Positions 12,506-25,956 of a DNA stretch of 64,000 nt are shown here, one piece after another. The notes beneath the pieces were generated by a model that was not told the origin of the DNA, searched no databases, and was given only the letters and a program-made list of their open reading frames with translations. Position 1 is the stretch's first letter; each line of letters begins with the position of its first letter. A program made the position numbers and the translations under genes. Origin of the DNA: Podarcis cretensis (Eukaryota); NCBI GenBank assembly GCA_951804945.1, contig OX638157.1, positions 29,016,001 to 29,080,000 on the forward strand, read 5' to 3'.

Positions 12506-12697
12506 AGCCTCTGTGCTGACATGTGCAAAGGAGGGCACATTAAATATCCCCTGGATAAGCTCTGGTGGGGCACTGACTCCCAGCCACAAGAACATGTGTA
12601 CCCCATTTGCCAGCAAGAATAGTCCTCCTTCAGACAGACGTTCTTCGGAACAGCGAACAGCAGAGGGGAACACGTCGCTTTTTACATCCATAGAGTG
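12506..12697 (-). CDS. SEC24D: SEC24D coding exon 20 (gelsolin-like domain)
   Basis: [64 protein letters not shown]; 192 nt. Confidence 0.96.
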
Positions 12698-14052
12698 CTG
12701 TAATGATAATGTTACATTGTTTAGCACATAGTCCTTTTCTTTATAGTATGTTCACTGCAAGTAAGCAGTGCAAATATTGTTGCTGGGTGAATAAAATGGT
12801 AGAAAGCTGTTCTAGTTGCTTATCATGCACCTTTCCAAATATTTTTTGAACCTAAACAATTTTATTTTCCATCTGCCACACCAACTGCAGGCTGTTGAAC
12901 TGACATCTCCTTCCACTGTCCCCAGTAACACTGGATAGACTAAATTCAATCCTTTTATTATGGGGTCATTTTCTGACTATATAAAGCAAATATTCCAGCA
13001 CATGTGAGTTCAGGACAGATTGCAAAAGAAGTGGCTGCAGAACATCCCAATGTTGCAGTATTGCAGCCTTGCAAGTGGTTCTGTAACCAGTTGGGAAGGA
13101 CAGGAAAATCTTCCTGGATACAATCTCCAGCATCTCTCGATAGGGTTGAAGAAGACCCATCTTAAAACTGTGGAAGTCACTGCCAGTCATTGCAGACAAT
13201 AATGAGCTAGATAGATCCATAGTCCACTTGGTGCAAGGCTGTTTCCCATGTTCCCGGGTTGAGGAATGACCAGGGTTTGTCACATTGCCACAACAGTGGA
13301 TTGTGGTATTACTATACTGGCATCACCAGAATGGTACAAAGTTATTGCAAGTACAGAAATAGGCAGGTGGAATAAGGGGCTCAAAGATGGACATTAAGGG
13401 GCACAAAATTTTTTCCTATTTGACTCATGTATGAAAATGTACCTACCAACAACAATGCCTCCTTTGCGTGGCTCTGAGTAAACTGCCCTCAGTGCCCATC
13501 TCCAGAGTCTGATGTTTCCAGGCTGCCTCCTGCAACTGCTGTGGGCCACTCATCTGCCCTCAGAGGTGGCTGAGGGGTTGTGTGTGTTGGGGGAGGTTGC
13601 AAGAAAGTGGTTTTGGGTACAGTGTCCAGGTCTGTGCACATGCACTCACCAGAACCAATGTCTTACTTACACTGGCTCTACCAGTGGTGTAGCTAAAAAT
13701 GGCGGTGATGGCAACTCAAGTCCAGTGGGATATGTCTAGCTGTTGGCTCAGCTCTGCTACTGGGCTGCTGCTGTGGGCAAACAGACAGGCAGTCTGTCCA
13801 CCCAGCAGAGGGCTGGGACTGTATGCCTGCTCTGAGTTATTTGGGCTGGTGTATGTAAAATTATGCTGTCCGTTTTGGTGTGTGAGCATGGAAGCATGGT
13901 GGCTTCAAGGTGGTGGTCACTGTCTGGTAGCAAAATCAGCAGTCAGGTGATGAAGTAAGGCTTTCCCAGCACCCTAGCACTTCCCGGAGGATGTCCGTGA
14001 TGGCACCAGCCCTGATACCTGCTGTTGTACCTCTCCTCTCTCAACAACTTAC

Positions 14053-14232
14053 AATTGGCAGAAGCTGTGGATAGAATAGAAGTTGGGTGCCAGCAACGTC
14101 CATTGACATGACTAGTTGTCGGTGAAAAGTTCTTTCATCCGTGGGAATCTCGGGTTTGCCTATCAGCACGCAGCTTTTCAGGAGACAGTTCATGTAGACT
14201 GGGAGGACCTTCATTGCATCCGGAAGGATAAG
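14053..14232 (-). CDS. SEC24D: SEC24D coding exon 19 (helical domain, LIL motif)
   Basis: [60 protein letters not shown]; 180 nt. Confidence 0.96.
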
Positions 14233-14543
14233 CTGGAAGACAAGAAAGTAGGTAAAGTCAAACTACTGCACCATTTGTTCATTCAGCATTGAATGTTTGA
14301 TTTTTAAATGAGCATTTCACCAGACAGGTGCCAAAGGAAACAAACCAAAGGCTGACATTTATTGTTTGTTCAGTCACTATTTTCACATACAAGCAACGAC
14401 TGATTTACATGGGGGGACGGGGCACACTGGGTACCACATGGGGGGGGCAGCACTTACCATGGGGCCTGCAGCCACATGTCTCTCCTGGGAGTGACACGGT
14501 GGCTCGGGCGCCTGCAGGCTCTGCGCTGCCTGAAATGGCAGTG

Positions 14544-14870
14544 TGTCAGGGACCGTGCTGAGGAGGGCTGCACAGATGAGAAATGGTGGGAGCCTCCCCC
14601 TCTCTCTGCTCCTGATCAGGATCCTGAATCTTCCCAGGAGCAGTGGGACAGTATAGATATGGAACAGTGGTTTGCAGAGGGGCATACTTCAGAAGACAAA
14701 AGTTGTGAAGAACTGGGTGGTGAACAGCTAGGAGATGAAGAACTGGAAGAGAGAGAGTTAATAGACTCTCTCTCACTGGGAAGCCTACATCCGCCCAGCC
14801 CAAAGTCACAATGAGCAGATAATCTGGCAGCACAGAAAGCAAGGTGGTTGTAAGATTGGGTTGCAAGACA
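14544..14870 (+). mobile_element. Degenerate LTR-like fragment (Gypsy-like)
   Basis: Begins TGTCAGGG, with a GA-rich acidic pseudo-ORF resembling lizard Gypsy LTRs; 3' end not defined. Confidence 0.4.
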
Positions 14871-16058
14871 ATGAAGTGATGAGGGTGAGTCGGGGGGGGG
14901 GTGTAAACCTTAATTGGGAGCACCTTTACTCTTTGTTCTTTTGCCCTAGAGCTGATGGGGAGGCAGTGGGCAGACTCCTTGGAAGCCCTGCAGCGAGTCC
15001 TACCCCGGCTCACCCCGCCCCATGGGTGGCTTGCTCCACCCCATGGGCAGCTTGCCCTGCTCCTGGGTTCAGGGTGCACCACCCCGGGCACCCGAGCAGC
15101 TAGCTACACCGCTGTTTACATGCATTTGATATGTGCACAACGGCACATGGTGCAGAACAGACTTGTGCGCACTCTGCTGCCGCGCATGATGACCCAGAAT
15201 GTAACCCCGGCACAAATCAGGGGTTGCCTGTAGCTGAAAATTGCCTTTGACTGTCCAAATTCTAGGTGACGTAAGGGCTGATTTTGTGGTAAACATATAA
15301 AGTAAGTACAGTACATGCCAATATGATGATTAAGCAGGAAAGCGGTTTGTGATGGGATACAATATCCAGTGGAAACTGCACCAAAATTCACCACATACCT
15401 TGCCCTTTTCTTTTTCTATGCCCTTTTCTATGTGTGGACACACACAGCACAAAAATAAAGATTTGCCTAGAACAACCTGGGGGCAATACGGTCACGAAAA
15501 AGATAATTAAAGCTGAAAATATCTTTGGCTGGAAAAGTCCACGAGAGGGAATTAACTTTGTCAAAGTTTTGTTTTGGTGTTTTTTATGCCAAGATAGCAG
15601 GTAGTGCTTACCTCCCATGGTTTTAAGGTGATGATGTAACTGGTGAAAAATATACAATGTTTCTCTTACTGATTAATTAGGCAATGAGCAAAGTGATATT
15701 TTTGCATTCTTCATTACCTCATGCTTAACCCCCAGTGCTAAAAAAGTAACAGAGTGAGAAAGGGTTCCGCACTTACATATGAAGGACCAGTGCTGGCATT
15801 TACACTGGCATGATATTTTTTTTTTGGGGGGGGATTTGCCATCTGTTGGACTTACAATCTAGGCTGCAATGGGAAAACTCGTTAGATGACGTGGTGGAAA
15901 TCAAAACTGCATACTAAAAATCATGGAGGGCCAATATTTTCTTAGAAGGTACAGCTTTCTGTCAAACTCCCATGCTCAAAACTGGGATTTCAGAGCTAAA
16001 CCCCATCAGCCAACATTGCATAAAACTCAAACATTTGGAGCTGAAAAAAATAAAATAC

Positions 16059-16177
16059 CTGGCTCACTGCAGATGGGCTAGCACAGTTCTTTCTGTAGCA
16101 TGCCAACATGCGAGCTGTCTGGTTCACCAGGATCTCACGGACAGTCTTCAATGGCTGGCTGATAATGGCTTTGTAAG
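16059..16177 (-). CDS. SEC24D: SEC24D coding exon 18
   Basis: [40 protein letters not shown]; 119 nt. Confidence 0.96.
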
Positions 16178-16763
16178 CTATAATGGTATGAAAGTGAGGT
16201 GAAACTGAAGTTGTTTTGCTCCTCCATACCACCTTTCCACAGACAGCTGAGTAAAGCAACATCCTTTTATTTTATTTACTGAATTAAGAAGAAGTCAACT
16301 ACTAACCAGAGTTTTATTTGATCAACTTCTTAATAACACATTTCAGACCTTTTAAAGCAGATCCAAGTCCAATAAATTGCACCTGCCCAGAGAGATATCT
16401 TCTTGGTTTAAAATGTGAATCATATGAAAGTGAAAACAGTACTCAGAATGGGTTTCTATCATACATCCAAGACACAAGCATGCCCCTGGGATGTGACGTA
16501 AATATGCCAATATTCTTACTTACAATTTGTGGAATTAAACTATGAGATTGTGATTTGCGTAAGAACCTAGCAAATACATAAGAAGTTGACTTAAGAGGAT
16601 TACCAGCTACATGCAACACCTAGGACATTTTATTCATGCATCCAATAAGTTAATGTGTCTCTGACGTGCCATCTCTGATTTATAATACTTGGCATTACTC
16701 AAGAAGTTAGGCTCCACAGCCACCCTCAAATTCCCCTCCCCAAAGAATACATCCAAATCTTAC

Positions 16764-16902
16764 CTGTTTTAACAAAGAAATTTATAAGCGCATCGGTCTC
16801 ACAGCTCTTGTAGACCTCAGCTAACTGGGAGCTACAGTTAAGGCCAATATTATGTACACGCAGTCGTCTTTGACCACTCATGGATGTGTAAAGAACTGCA
16901 CA
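16764..16902 (-). CDS. SEC24D: SEC24D coding exon 17
   Basis: [46 protein letters not shown]; 139 nt. Confidence 0.96.
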
Positions 16903-18442
16903 CTGCAATTAACATAAAAGTGAAATTCACTTTTCAGAAACCGTAATTTCATCTCTTACTATCGGTATTAATATATTTATTACAAGGTCCCAGGGCTGGT
17001 CACAACTATGTGAAATACCACATTTAAAACAGTATAAAAAATTTCAATCACAACTACAGTGGGTCTTGTGACACCCCACCCCCCAAACCTGGTGATATTC
17101 TATCCCATCTTAAAGGGAGCCTCAGGTGCTAAAACCAGAACCATATGGTTCTGATTCAGCTCTTCATGTGGTACCAAGACAGACACCCTCTATTTCCCTT
17201 TGATATACAAGGGCTTAGGGCAGAGATGTGTTTTCCTAAGGAACGCCTTCATCCTTGCCAAGGCTCATTATATTTTATTGTACCACATTTACAACAAGGA
17301 TTTGTGGCTGACTCATGGACTATATTTCAAGACGGATGACTAACTGTACTAAAAGTGAAGGGTTTAGGTCATTTTGAGAACTAGATTTGCAACCTGCACC
17401 AAAAAGAGAGAGAGGAAGCAGTCATGACAAAATAAAAAGTCTTCACCTCATGTGGAAGTTTATAGCACGTCTAGGTTTTAAAGAATCGCTGCATCAACTC
17501 TTTTGAGGCAGAAAAGTTGGGGGCGGGGCGAAATACTCAGCTTTTCAATTCTCTCTAATAGGACACTGGGAAGCAAAACTGCTGTAGTTTCATTGCAGTA
17601 GATTTGCATCCATTCTGTTCTAATAACAATCCACATGTCTCCTTGCAATTCTTTTCTCTCGTCCTGCTATGAGAGGAGCACTGGATCGTGCTCGCCAATA
17701 TGATCAGTAAGGGAGAGTGCCTTTAGGGCTGGCTCTACCATTAGGCATAGTGAGGCAGCTACTTCAGGTGGCAGGTGCTGGGGGACTATTCAGCAGTCCT
17801 CTGTTCCCCCTGTACAACCTAAAGCTAGTCAGCTGCCCTCAAGTGTATGGGAGGTCACTATCCCATTGCCAATGTGGAAGTCCAAGATGGAAAGTAGAAT
17901 GTGGCTTTGCAGGTGTCATGGATAACCATTGGATGCTTGATATTGCTAGTGATATTCCTCCTTCCAGAATTGTCTTTCTTATAGTGTAGAAACCATCTTT
18001 GTAATAAATTGACCCTCTCATGAACAGAAAGATAAATCTGTGTAATGTTATGCTTATGCTAGGAGGAGCTTCCATCCAGATTCAAACCTATTTCTCATTA
18101 GAAGAGCAAGGTTTCCTTAGGTTGCTGCTTCAACTTTGTGGATATTTCCTTTTATTTTGTGCCCTCAGGATGGTTGCTAGCTCACATGATGGAGAAAGGA
18201 AAGGGCCCATTTTGCTGCCTGAGGCAAAGGACAAGATGGTGCCTTCCCATTCCACATTTGCAGTAACCATGGCCAAAGGATCTTATTTCCCTAGTGGGAA
18301 AATATCAGTGTCTGGAATGCTGGAAAACTCTTATAACACAAGACTTACTTTAGGAGGAAATGTCTGGAATGCTGTACACATTTATCAATCACAGAGAGAG
18401 ACCCTGAACAGACCAAGCACATGAACCTATACAACTTGTTAC

Positions 18443-18588
18443 CTGGATTAAAGCTCCATTGTCTTCATTCAACTTGTCATCATGCTTGAACTCCACTGTC
18501 ACTGCTTTGTCGCAATCTACTGCTGCCATTTCGACATCTGTGGTGTTGTTCATGTAAACAGCTCCCAAAAAGTCTGTAGCCCTGAAAC
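18443..18588 (-). CDS. SEC24D: SEC24D coding exon 16 (beta-sandwich)
   Basis: [48 protein letters not shown]; 146 nt. Confidence 0.96.
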
Positions 18589-19274
18589 CTAGAGCAGGTT
18601 GCAAAATAATCTCATGTATGGACTGCCGGCTATCAGCAGCATCAGCACCAGAGCTGAAAGACTGTCAGAGGTGGCATTCCTCCTCTGCCCTCCTTCCATC
18701 CTCAGGACTGATGTGCAAGTTACTTGATGTGGAAGGGCAACCACAGATTTCTGTTATCTTGTCAGTTTCACATGGCTAACATTTCACTCGAAAATTGCTC
18801 TGTGTGGCAACAGTTGGTATTTATTATGTTAGTTCTCAAACCTTTGCCCTTGTGCGATGAATGCCATGACACTATGCTGCGGAACATTCATACGAAATGT
18901 TAAAATGAATCTGACAAAAAGATTAAATCACCGTGTGATGGTATTTTCAACTCGAGAAGCAATGTGTTAATTGACCTTCAGAAACACACCATTGCTAGAG
19001 ATGAATGGGGCCAACCATAACATCAGTCCAGATTATCCATGACTACTAGATTTGGGAAGCTGCCAGCAGTTGCTAATGTATTCTGAACTATGGGATTCAA
19101 AGACTTATTAAATCCTGGGACACTGGCAGTTTCTCATTTGGAAAGCATGCATGGCTTGTTCACATATGTTTACATATGACCTAACCCTGTTCCTCTGCTT
19201 TTGCTGGATTCCCAATGCCACACTAAGACTGTTCCATTAAAAGTGTGGAGAATTACAACTAAGAAAGCTGAATA

Positions 19275-19527
19275 CAGTGGTGCCTCGCAAGACGAAATTA
19301 ATTCGTTCCGCGAGTTACTTCGTCTTGCGATTTTTTCATCTTGCAGAGCGCGGATTCCCCGGGTATTAACGGTTTTACGAAAAAGGAAGCAAACCCGCAA
19401 GACGTTTTCGAGTTGCGAAGCAAGCCCATAGGGAAATTCGTCTTGTGAAGCACCTCGAAAAATGGAAAACCCTTTCGTCTAGCGAGTTTTTCGTCTTGCG
19501 AGGCATTCGTCTTGCGGGGCACCACTG
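19275..19527. mobile_element. Tc1/mariner-type MITE
   Basis: TA|cagtggtgcctcgcaagacgaa...ttcgtcttgcggggcaccactg|TA; CpG-rich, so probably young. Confidence 0.88.
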
Positions 19528-19817
19528 TAGTAGTTGGGCCAGAAAAAAACCTTCTCTCACTATCTCTGGTTCAGGCAGTCAATTATGCAGTTACAACAGG
19601 ACCAGCATCAAAGACCTATCAGAAACCTTAAGGGAACCCCGAGGTACAAAAAAGTGGGAGGAATGTAGAGGGAACCCCAAAAAACAGCTGACTGAGGAAT
19701 GAGTATGCTTAATGACTACAAAATGCTGACTAACTGTTGAAGGGATTGGAGAACTGAACTGAGTACAGCACATTGCAATTTCTACCACAGGCACCACTTG
19801 TAATTTCTAGTTGTTAC

Positions 19818-19914
19818 CTGTGCTAGTACGAACCCTCATGATAGCATCAAATCCCATCTTTTTTCCTATACTCTTCCTGAGATCATTCAGAAATTGGGGG
19901 CTGTCAGAATGGAC
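19818..19914 (-). CDS. SEC24D: SEC24D coding exon 15
   Basis: [32 protein letters not shown](G); 97 nt. Confidence 0.95.
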
Positions 19915-20352
19915 CTAAATGAAAATATAGAGAGATCTCTTAAGCAAATTGTAGACCTGCCACTGGATGGCAGCAACATGCTGAAAGTTGTTCCAGGACT
20001 TGAACAGAATTGCAGACACTTAAATTCAGTGGTATTCAACTTTTTATAACTTTTTATATTAAAAGGTACTCCTTTTAATAAGGAGTACAGTGAAAAAACT
20101 TTCATAGGGCTCTCAGACTCACCAATGTTCCAGGAGACTTTTTATAAAAAAAAGCTCAACCTGCTTGTTAACTTCTCAGACGTAATACTAGTAACGAAAG
20201 CCCACATCTTTCAAATGAATCCAAGAATCAATAATGGATGTTTAACAAACGAAATGCCTGTTTTCTAAATTAATAACTGGAGCAAGCATACATTTGAAAG
20301 CTAGTGATCTGAAATTATTTTCTCAGAAACTGTTTTCCTTGATCAAGACAGA

Positions 20353-20531
20353 CAGTGGCGTAGCGTGGGTTGTCAGCACCCGGGGCAAGGCAAGTAATTT
20401 GCGCCCCCTAACCCGTGGATTTATGCCCCCTAACCCGTGGATTTGCGCCCCTAACCCGTGGATTTGCCCTAACCCCAGATGTTGCGCCCGGTGCGGCCGG
20501 CCCCCCCTGCACCCCCCACGCTACGCCACTG
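20353..20531. mobile_element. hAT-type MITE with internal ~22-bp tandem repeats
   Basis: TIR cagtggcgtagcgtggg/cccacgctacgccactg; perfect 8-bp TSD aagacaga. Confidence 0.9.
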
Positions 20532-20958
20532 AAGACAGAGCTTGCTTTTAACCACATTCACTGCTTCAATGTTGTGCCAACGGCTTTATTTTTAATACTG
20601 ATGTAGAGTAGCAGATATTTCATTAAAAAGATTCAGGGGTTTGCAAGAACTCAGTTCAGTAGAAGATTAGCATGCATTTGCACTTTTCCCTCAGCAATTA
20701 CCTTTTAAGATTAGAGTTGTAGTATCAGCTCTGCTCTAGTTCATATTGTATAAATAAGCAATGCTTTTTCACAAACTCCGGATACAACAGTAAGTATCTA
20801 ACCTAGACATGCTGTGACTTATCTCCAAATCTACATTTGGTCCATTAGAGGACACCATTAGATCTTTACTATTTCGTTTGCAGGTGAAACAGCAGCATAT
20901 TATGCACGTCAAATTCCATGCATCCAAGTGGACAGAAAGAGAATCTTCTGACATTTAC

Positions 20959-21129
20959 CTGAAAATTGTTGTATTTGTACAGGGTTCCTCCAGTGTGCAT
21001 TGTTACAAGGCCCATGGAGGCTACATCAACATACTGGTTTGGGAAAAGGAACAGATCCACGCAGCAGCCACTAGCGACACAGTCTCTGGCCAGGGTCTCA
21101 TAAATATTTGTCTGGGGTTGAAACAGTGT
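20959..21129 (-). CDS. SEC24D: SEC24D coding exon 14
   Basis: [57 protein letters not shown]; 171 nt. Confidence 0.96.
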
Positions 21130-21888
21130 CTGGAGAGTTTAAAGGCAAGTACTGAGCAATGCACAAACAAAACACCATTCATGAGAACAACCTGACATAA
21201 TTCAATATGAATTAGCAGAAAAAATAGGAAAGCAAACACATCGAAAACATTTAAAAGGTCTACTGTACCCATATCCGATATATTTCACATAGAGTTGTTT
21301 GTTCACCATGCATTTGGATACCTCTTAAGATATTGTAACTAAATTTTGCATGATGGTTACAGAGATCAAAGGAGCCCATTTTAGTCTATGTTTGGTTGCA
21401 GTTTTGAATCAAGATGTATAAAGAAGCTTTCAAAATGGCACTTTTTGTTTTGTTTCTTAGAATACTCAAGCAGCACTGCGTATGAAGCTGCTAATGTTAA
21501 CATAGCATGTCAACTTCAAGGGCAAATGCATATTTTATTTTACTTTATCTCACATATTTTTAACCCATTTTCAAAGACTATTATCTTCCCAAGGTTGTTT
21601 ACATTAATTACAAATAAACTATTTCATTAGTAGCAATCATTTAAACATACACTCTGGTTAACAATAGAAAGAATCAGTTTAAATAAACCCAATATATTAA
21701 ATGCAGTAGTTAACAGCAAAACTCAAGGAAAATTCCAGCAGTAACTTATGCAATAAATGTTTAGTAGAAAGGCGCCCTTAAACAATGACAAGAATCATCA
21801 AAAGAATTCCTGGGTGGGAAAGACGATTAACAAAAACCAATATTCAGTTTAGAGATATGATTGCTGCTGTATTAAATATCTACTAAGC

Positions 21889-22044
21889 ATAACTCTTTAC
21901 TTATTAATCATTTTACCATAGGAGCCAAACTACATGCTATGCTTAATAAACCTCCAATCCTGATCGCATACCTTCACACTGTACATTAAGCATAGCATGT
22001 AGTTTGGGCTCTTATGGTAAAATGAATAATAAGTAAAGTGTTAT
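21889..22044. repeat. Long inverted repeat (59/60-nt arms, 37-nt loop)
   Basis: Arm 21889-21947 is the reverse complement of 21985-22044 with 3 substitutions and 1 indel. Confidence 0.9.
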
Positions 22045-22366
22045 CTCCATGCCTCCAGCTGCAAAAAGAGCTAAAATCAGTGTAGTCCGCAGCACAGGTA
22101 GAGAAGTTTTTAAAAAAAGGTTCCCACGGGCACCAACTGGAACTTTTTTTATGACCCTTGTAGTGATTCAGGGTGATGCTATTTTAGTCCTGAGGAACGA
22201 TGGGAAAATCTCCTTTTCCCGGAACACTGCATTCCCAATAACAATCCCCCTGAATCTGAAATTAATTGAAGTAAAAAACAGATCTATAGCTTCACGTTAC
22301 CCATTGAGAGTAACATATATTTCTGTACTAAGTTGCGTACAAAAAAACAAACCAACACTGAAATAC

Positions 22367-22483
22367 CTTTTCTTTTTCTGTATTGACCAATTTTCTATCA
22401 TCTCTGCTTTTCAGCTTCCCTGGTGCTTCTGCAGTCGGCAGGGAAGAATGGAAGATAAACAGCTTTCCAGCACACTCTGCTGC
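22367..22483 (-). CDS. SEC24D: SEC24D coding exon 13
   Basis: [39 protein letters not shown]; 117 nt. Confidence 0.96.
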
Positions 22484-24764
22484 CTGTTGCAAAGACACAA
22501 GAAATGACCTTTTTTCAAGCTGGCATTATAAATATTTGAGCCAGATCTCCATACAATTTTAGCTGAGTTTCAAATGCCAGCATAAACTACTCTGGAAACT
22601 TTGGAAACTAAATAGTGCGTTTGTTTAGAGTTTGAACTTTTGGTGACACCTTGAAAAAAATAACTGGGAAGTTCAGAATTTTAAATAACCACAAATAATC
22701 TAACACAAACACCTCAATATATCAGTGCTAATATACATATATAAATGAGAAAACTAGTGCTATGGGCAGTTCATGCTAACAGTATGCCAGGAATTATTAA
22801 ATGGCACAAAACAAATTAAAAACACATTTCAGTGCACTAGAAAAATCAATAAATTGTCCACTTGCAATGCGTAATCAAACTGGGCCCTACTCCAGAACAT
22901 GCAGTTCTTGGACTGACCTTTAGGGATCAACCAAAACCAGCACATTAGGGGGATGGAAACAATATGCCAGATTCTAAGTGCAGGTGTGTGCCAGCACTAA
23001 CCTGCTCATGAGGCTCAAATGCAAGAGGAAGAATGATGCTATTCTTGCTATATTAATACCATGACCAACAAATTAGCCATGCAATTAGGGAAGGGTGATG
23101 TGGGTTCAGTACAGGATACAGCTTGGGCTGGAATGGTCATGGATCCATTGATGCTGCACTCTGGTGCATGCCTACCTTGGCAGAGTACACAATACTGTAG
23201 CCTATGCAGCTTTTTGCTTTGCTATTCCTACGTGAGTGACTTCAGGACTAGACCAGGGCGGGCATGTGTTTGTACGATGCTCTTGGACTGCTGTACTGTG
23301 CTATTCAAGCTGTCTGTTGATCCAGTCTAAAAAAACAGCGAATCAGCTTCAAAAGACACCTGTGATGGGAACACTCCCCAAACTCAATAATCTAGGGTTT
23401 AGATGACTTAAGGATGAAAGCAAATACCAGAAGGTTTGCATTCTAGATAAGGGTTACCAGCGAAGTCTGTTAGATGCAGTACAAAAACACTTATAATATG
23501 GCAAATGCTGAGCTGCCACTGTTTGTGCTTTTTACCACCAAACATAGATGAAACATAGCAGCAGAAGAGGTTTTCCCAACTTTTACTTTGGCCAAAAGGC
23601 ACAGGTACATCAAAAACACTCCTCTATCAATGACAGACAATCAAATTTTACTTTGTCCTCCAATTTTACCCATAATAAAAAGAGCTTGGGCACGGGGGAG
23701 TGTTTGCTTTTAGGCAACCTGAAGCTTTTCCAGTAGGAAAATGTCTGCTGTGGACCCCTCTTATCTGGGATGAAACACAAAGATTAGTGGCTTTGCATCA
23801 AATCCCTCAACTGGTGGGGAATTGGCAGAATTGAGTTAGACTTCTGGACACTTTACTTCTAACACTTTACTCTCAGAATCAACATCTATTTATGCTACAA
23901 TAAATCTGCTAGTATTTAAGCCACATACAAGACTCTGGTATGTGTATGTTTACTATCCCAGTCTAACAGAATAGCCACTGCAGCTGTTTTTAAAAAAGGG
24001 ATGTTTGAACACCAAATGAAACTCCGACCAGAAATCTGGTGGGTGCATTTTGGACCAGTTGAAGGTTTCTGAATCATCTTCAAGAACAGCCCCATGTAGA
24101 TCAAATAAAAGGCATAATATTCATCTGGCAAGTTTTGCAGCTGAGCAGAGATGGGAAACCAGCTGAAGCCAATATTCTGTTCACTGCTTTGAGACAGTTA
24201 GCAAGAATTCTGAGCATCTTCAAAAGCCAAATTCCATAATTTTTTGTAATTGCTTCAGAGATGCCTAAAATGACCTAGCTGCTCAAATAATTCTCAGAAC
24301 AGTTATCCACATGTATTCCCAGTATAAATCAAGGAAAGGAGGAAAAGAAACAGTGGAAAGTGTACTTTTATATGTCAGAGATCATAAGGCTCATAGCTAC
24401 CACTTGAGGGGGCTTATAGATGGGGACTGAATTTCCAAGCTGGTCACTGAGATATTGCAATCATGCTCCTCATATATTTATTGTTACTATTTTTTGCAGC
24501 ACCCAAACAGAACTGTTGGCATCAAAATACCATTTACATCCCCCCCCCTCCCCATTTAATCTGGAAAGGGTAAATCTGGTTTAAATCGGGGGATGGGCGG
24601 GCTGGTATTTTGATGGCATCATGCACCGACATCATCAGTCCCAGAATAAACACACCTCTGGTAGCACCCAAAAACAGAACATAGTCGTTACAGGGGGTGA
24701 GGGTGGGGAGTATGCATGAGGGCAGTTTAGGATCCAGAAATGGAATATGTGTTATTTGTAGCCT

Positions 24765-25070
24765 TTATATCCCACCTATTTCTCCAAGGAGATCAAGCTA
24801 GTGTACATGGTTCTCCTCCGCCTCATTTCATCTCCACAACAACCCTGCTCACTTATTTCGCAGAGGCATCTGACTGGCCACTGTGAAAACAGAAAGCTGG
24901 ACTAGATGGGCCATTGGCCTAATCCAGCAGGCTATTCTTATGTTCTTATGCTAGACTGAGAGGCAGAGACTGGTCCAATGTCACACAGTGAGCTTCATGG
25001 CCAAGTAGGGATTAGAACCTTGGTTGCCCGTGTCCTAGTCCGACACTAACCACTGCACCACACTGGCTCT
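24765..25070 (-). mobile_element. tRNA-derived SINE (Squam3/MIR-like) interrupted by a CR1 3' end
   Basis: Head gagagccagtgtggtgcagtggttagtgtcggactag on - strand; CR1-type cttatgttcttatg end within ~24850-24950. Confidence 0.65.
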
Positions 25071-25829
25071 CATACTGGTCTTGACCATCAATTGACACAA
25101 GGAGTGAGTTTAATGTACAGCCCACACACTGGAGCCTTAGCAGTTTGCTAATGTGCCCCTAGTGACCTACCCAAGGTTTAGTACATCCCCCCCCCCAACT
25201 TCCCAATATAAATGTGTATTTAAAGTTTTCAAATAGCACCCATTTTACCCGATCACCAATTTCCTTTTCCCAGGAAGATGGTGAAAGAAAGGAAAAATAC
25301 TGAGAAGATTTGATTTATGCTGTAGCATAAGAAGTTTGACTGTATTTGCTCACAGTTGGCATCATGCGGAAAAGAAACAAAGGAAAATAAATGCAGAGAC
25401 GAGAAGTCTGCACGGCCACCGAGATCACTTTCATGGTAAATATACACAAAAAATATTCCAGATGGACTCAGATTGCCCCCTTTGAAGTTGTCATGTATTC
25501 ATTTTATGGGTTTTGGTTTTAATTTCCCTGTGTGTCTGCTTCCAGCATATTTGTTTATTTCTTTCATTCATGACAGATGCCATTTGGCATTTATATAAAT
25601 TTATAAAAAATAAATACATTTTCCTGAAAACTGAAATGTGCTTCAGCTTTCTTACCCTCTCCAGAAACTTGCCGATATTTAATACAAAAAGAGCCAAGGC
25701 ACCAGCTATATTGCTTTTCTCTGAGAATGACACCAAAATTGTTAATGCCTGGCATCAAAACAGGATTACATCATGACAACTCAGCAAATAAGCCACACAA
25801 TTATTATTTTTTTAAAAAAATCAAAAAAT

Positions 25830-25956
25830 ACACGAAAGCTCCATGCACACGAAAGCTCATACCAATAACCAACTTAGTTGGTCTCCAAGGTGCTACTGGA
25901 AGGAATTTGTTTGTTTGTTTCGACTACGGCAGACCAACATGGCTACCTACCTGTAA
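25830..25956 (+). mobile_element. Penelope-like element terminal fragment (copy 2) with the 3' half of the hammerhead
   Basis: catgcacacgaaagctcatacc...ggtgctactggaagg...ggcagaccaacatggctacctacctgtaa. Confidence 0.8.

Noticed and set aside
14476-14814. Acidic 112-aa ORF
   Set aside because: Lies in a degenerate LTR-like repeat and reflects GA-rich composition
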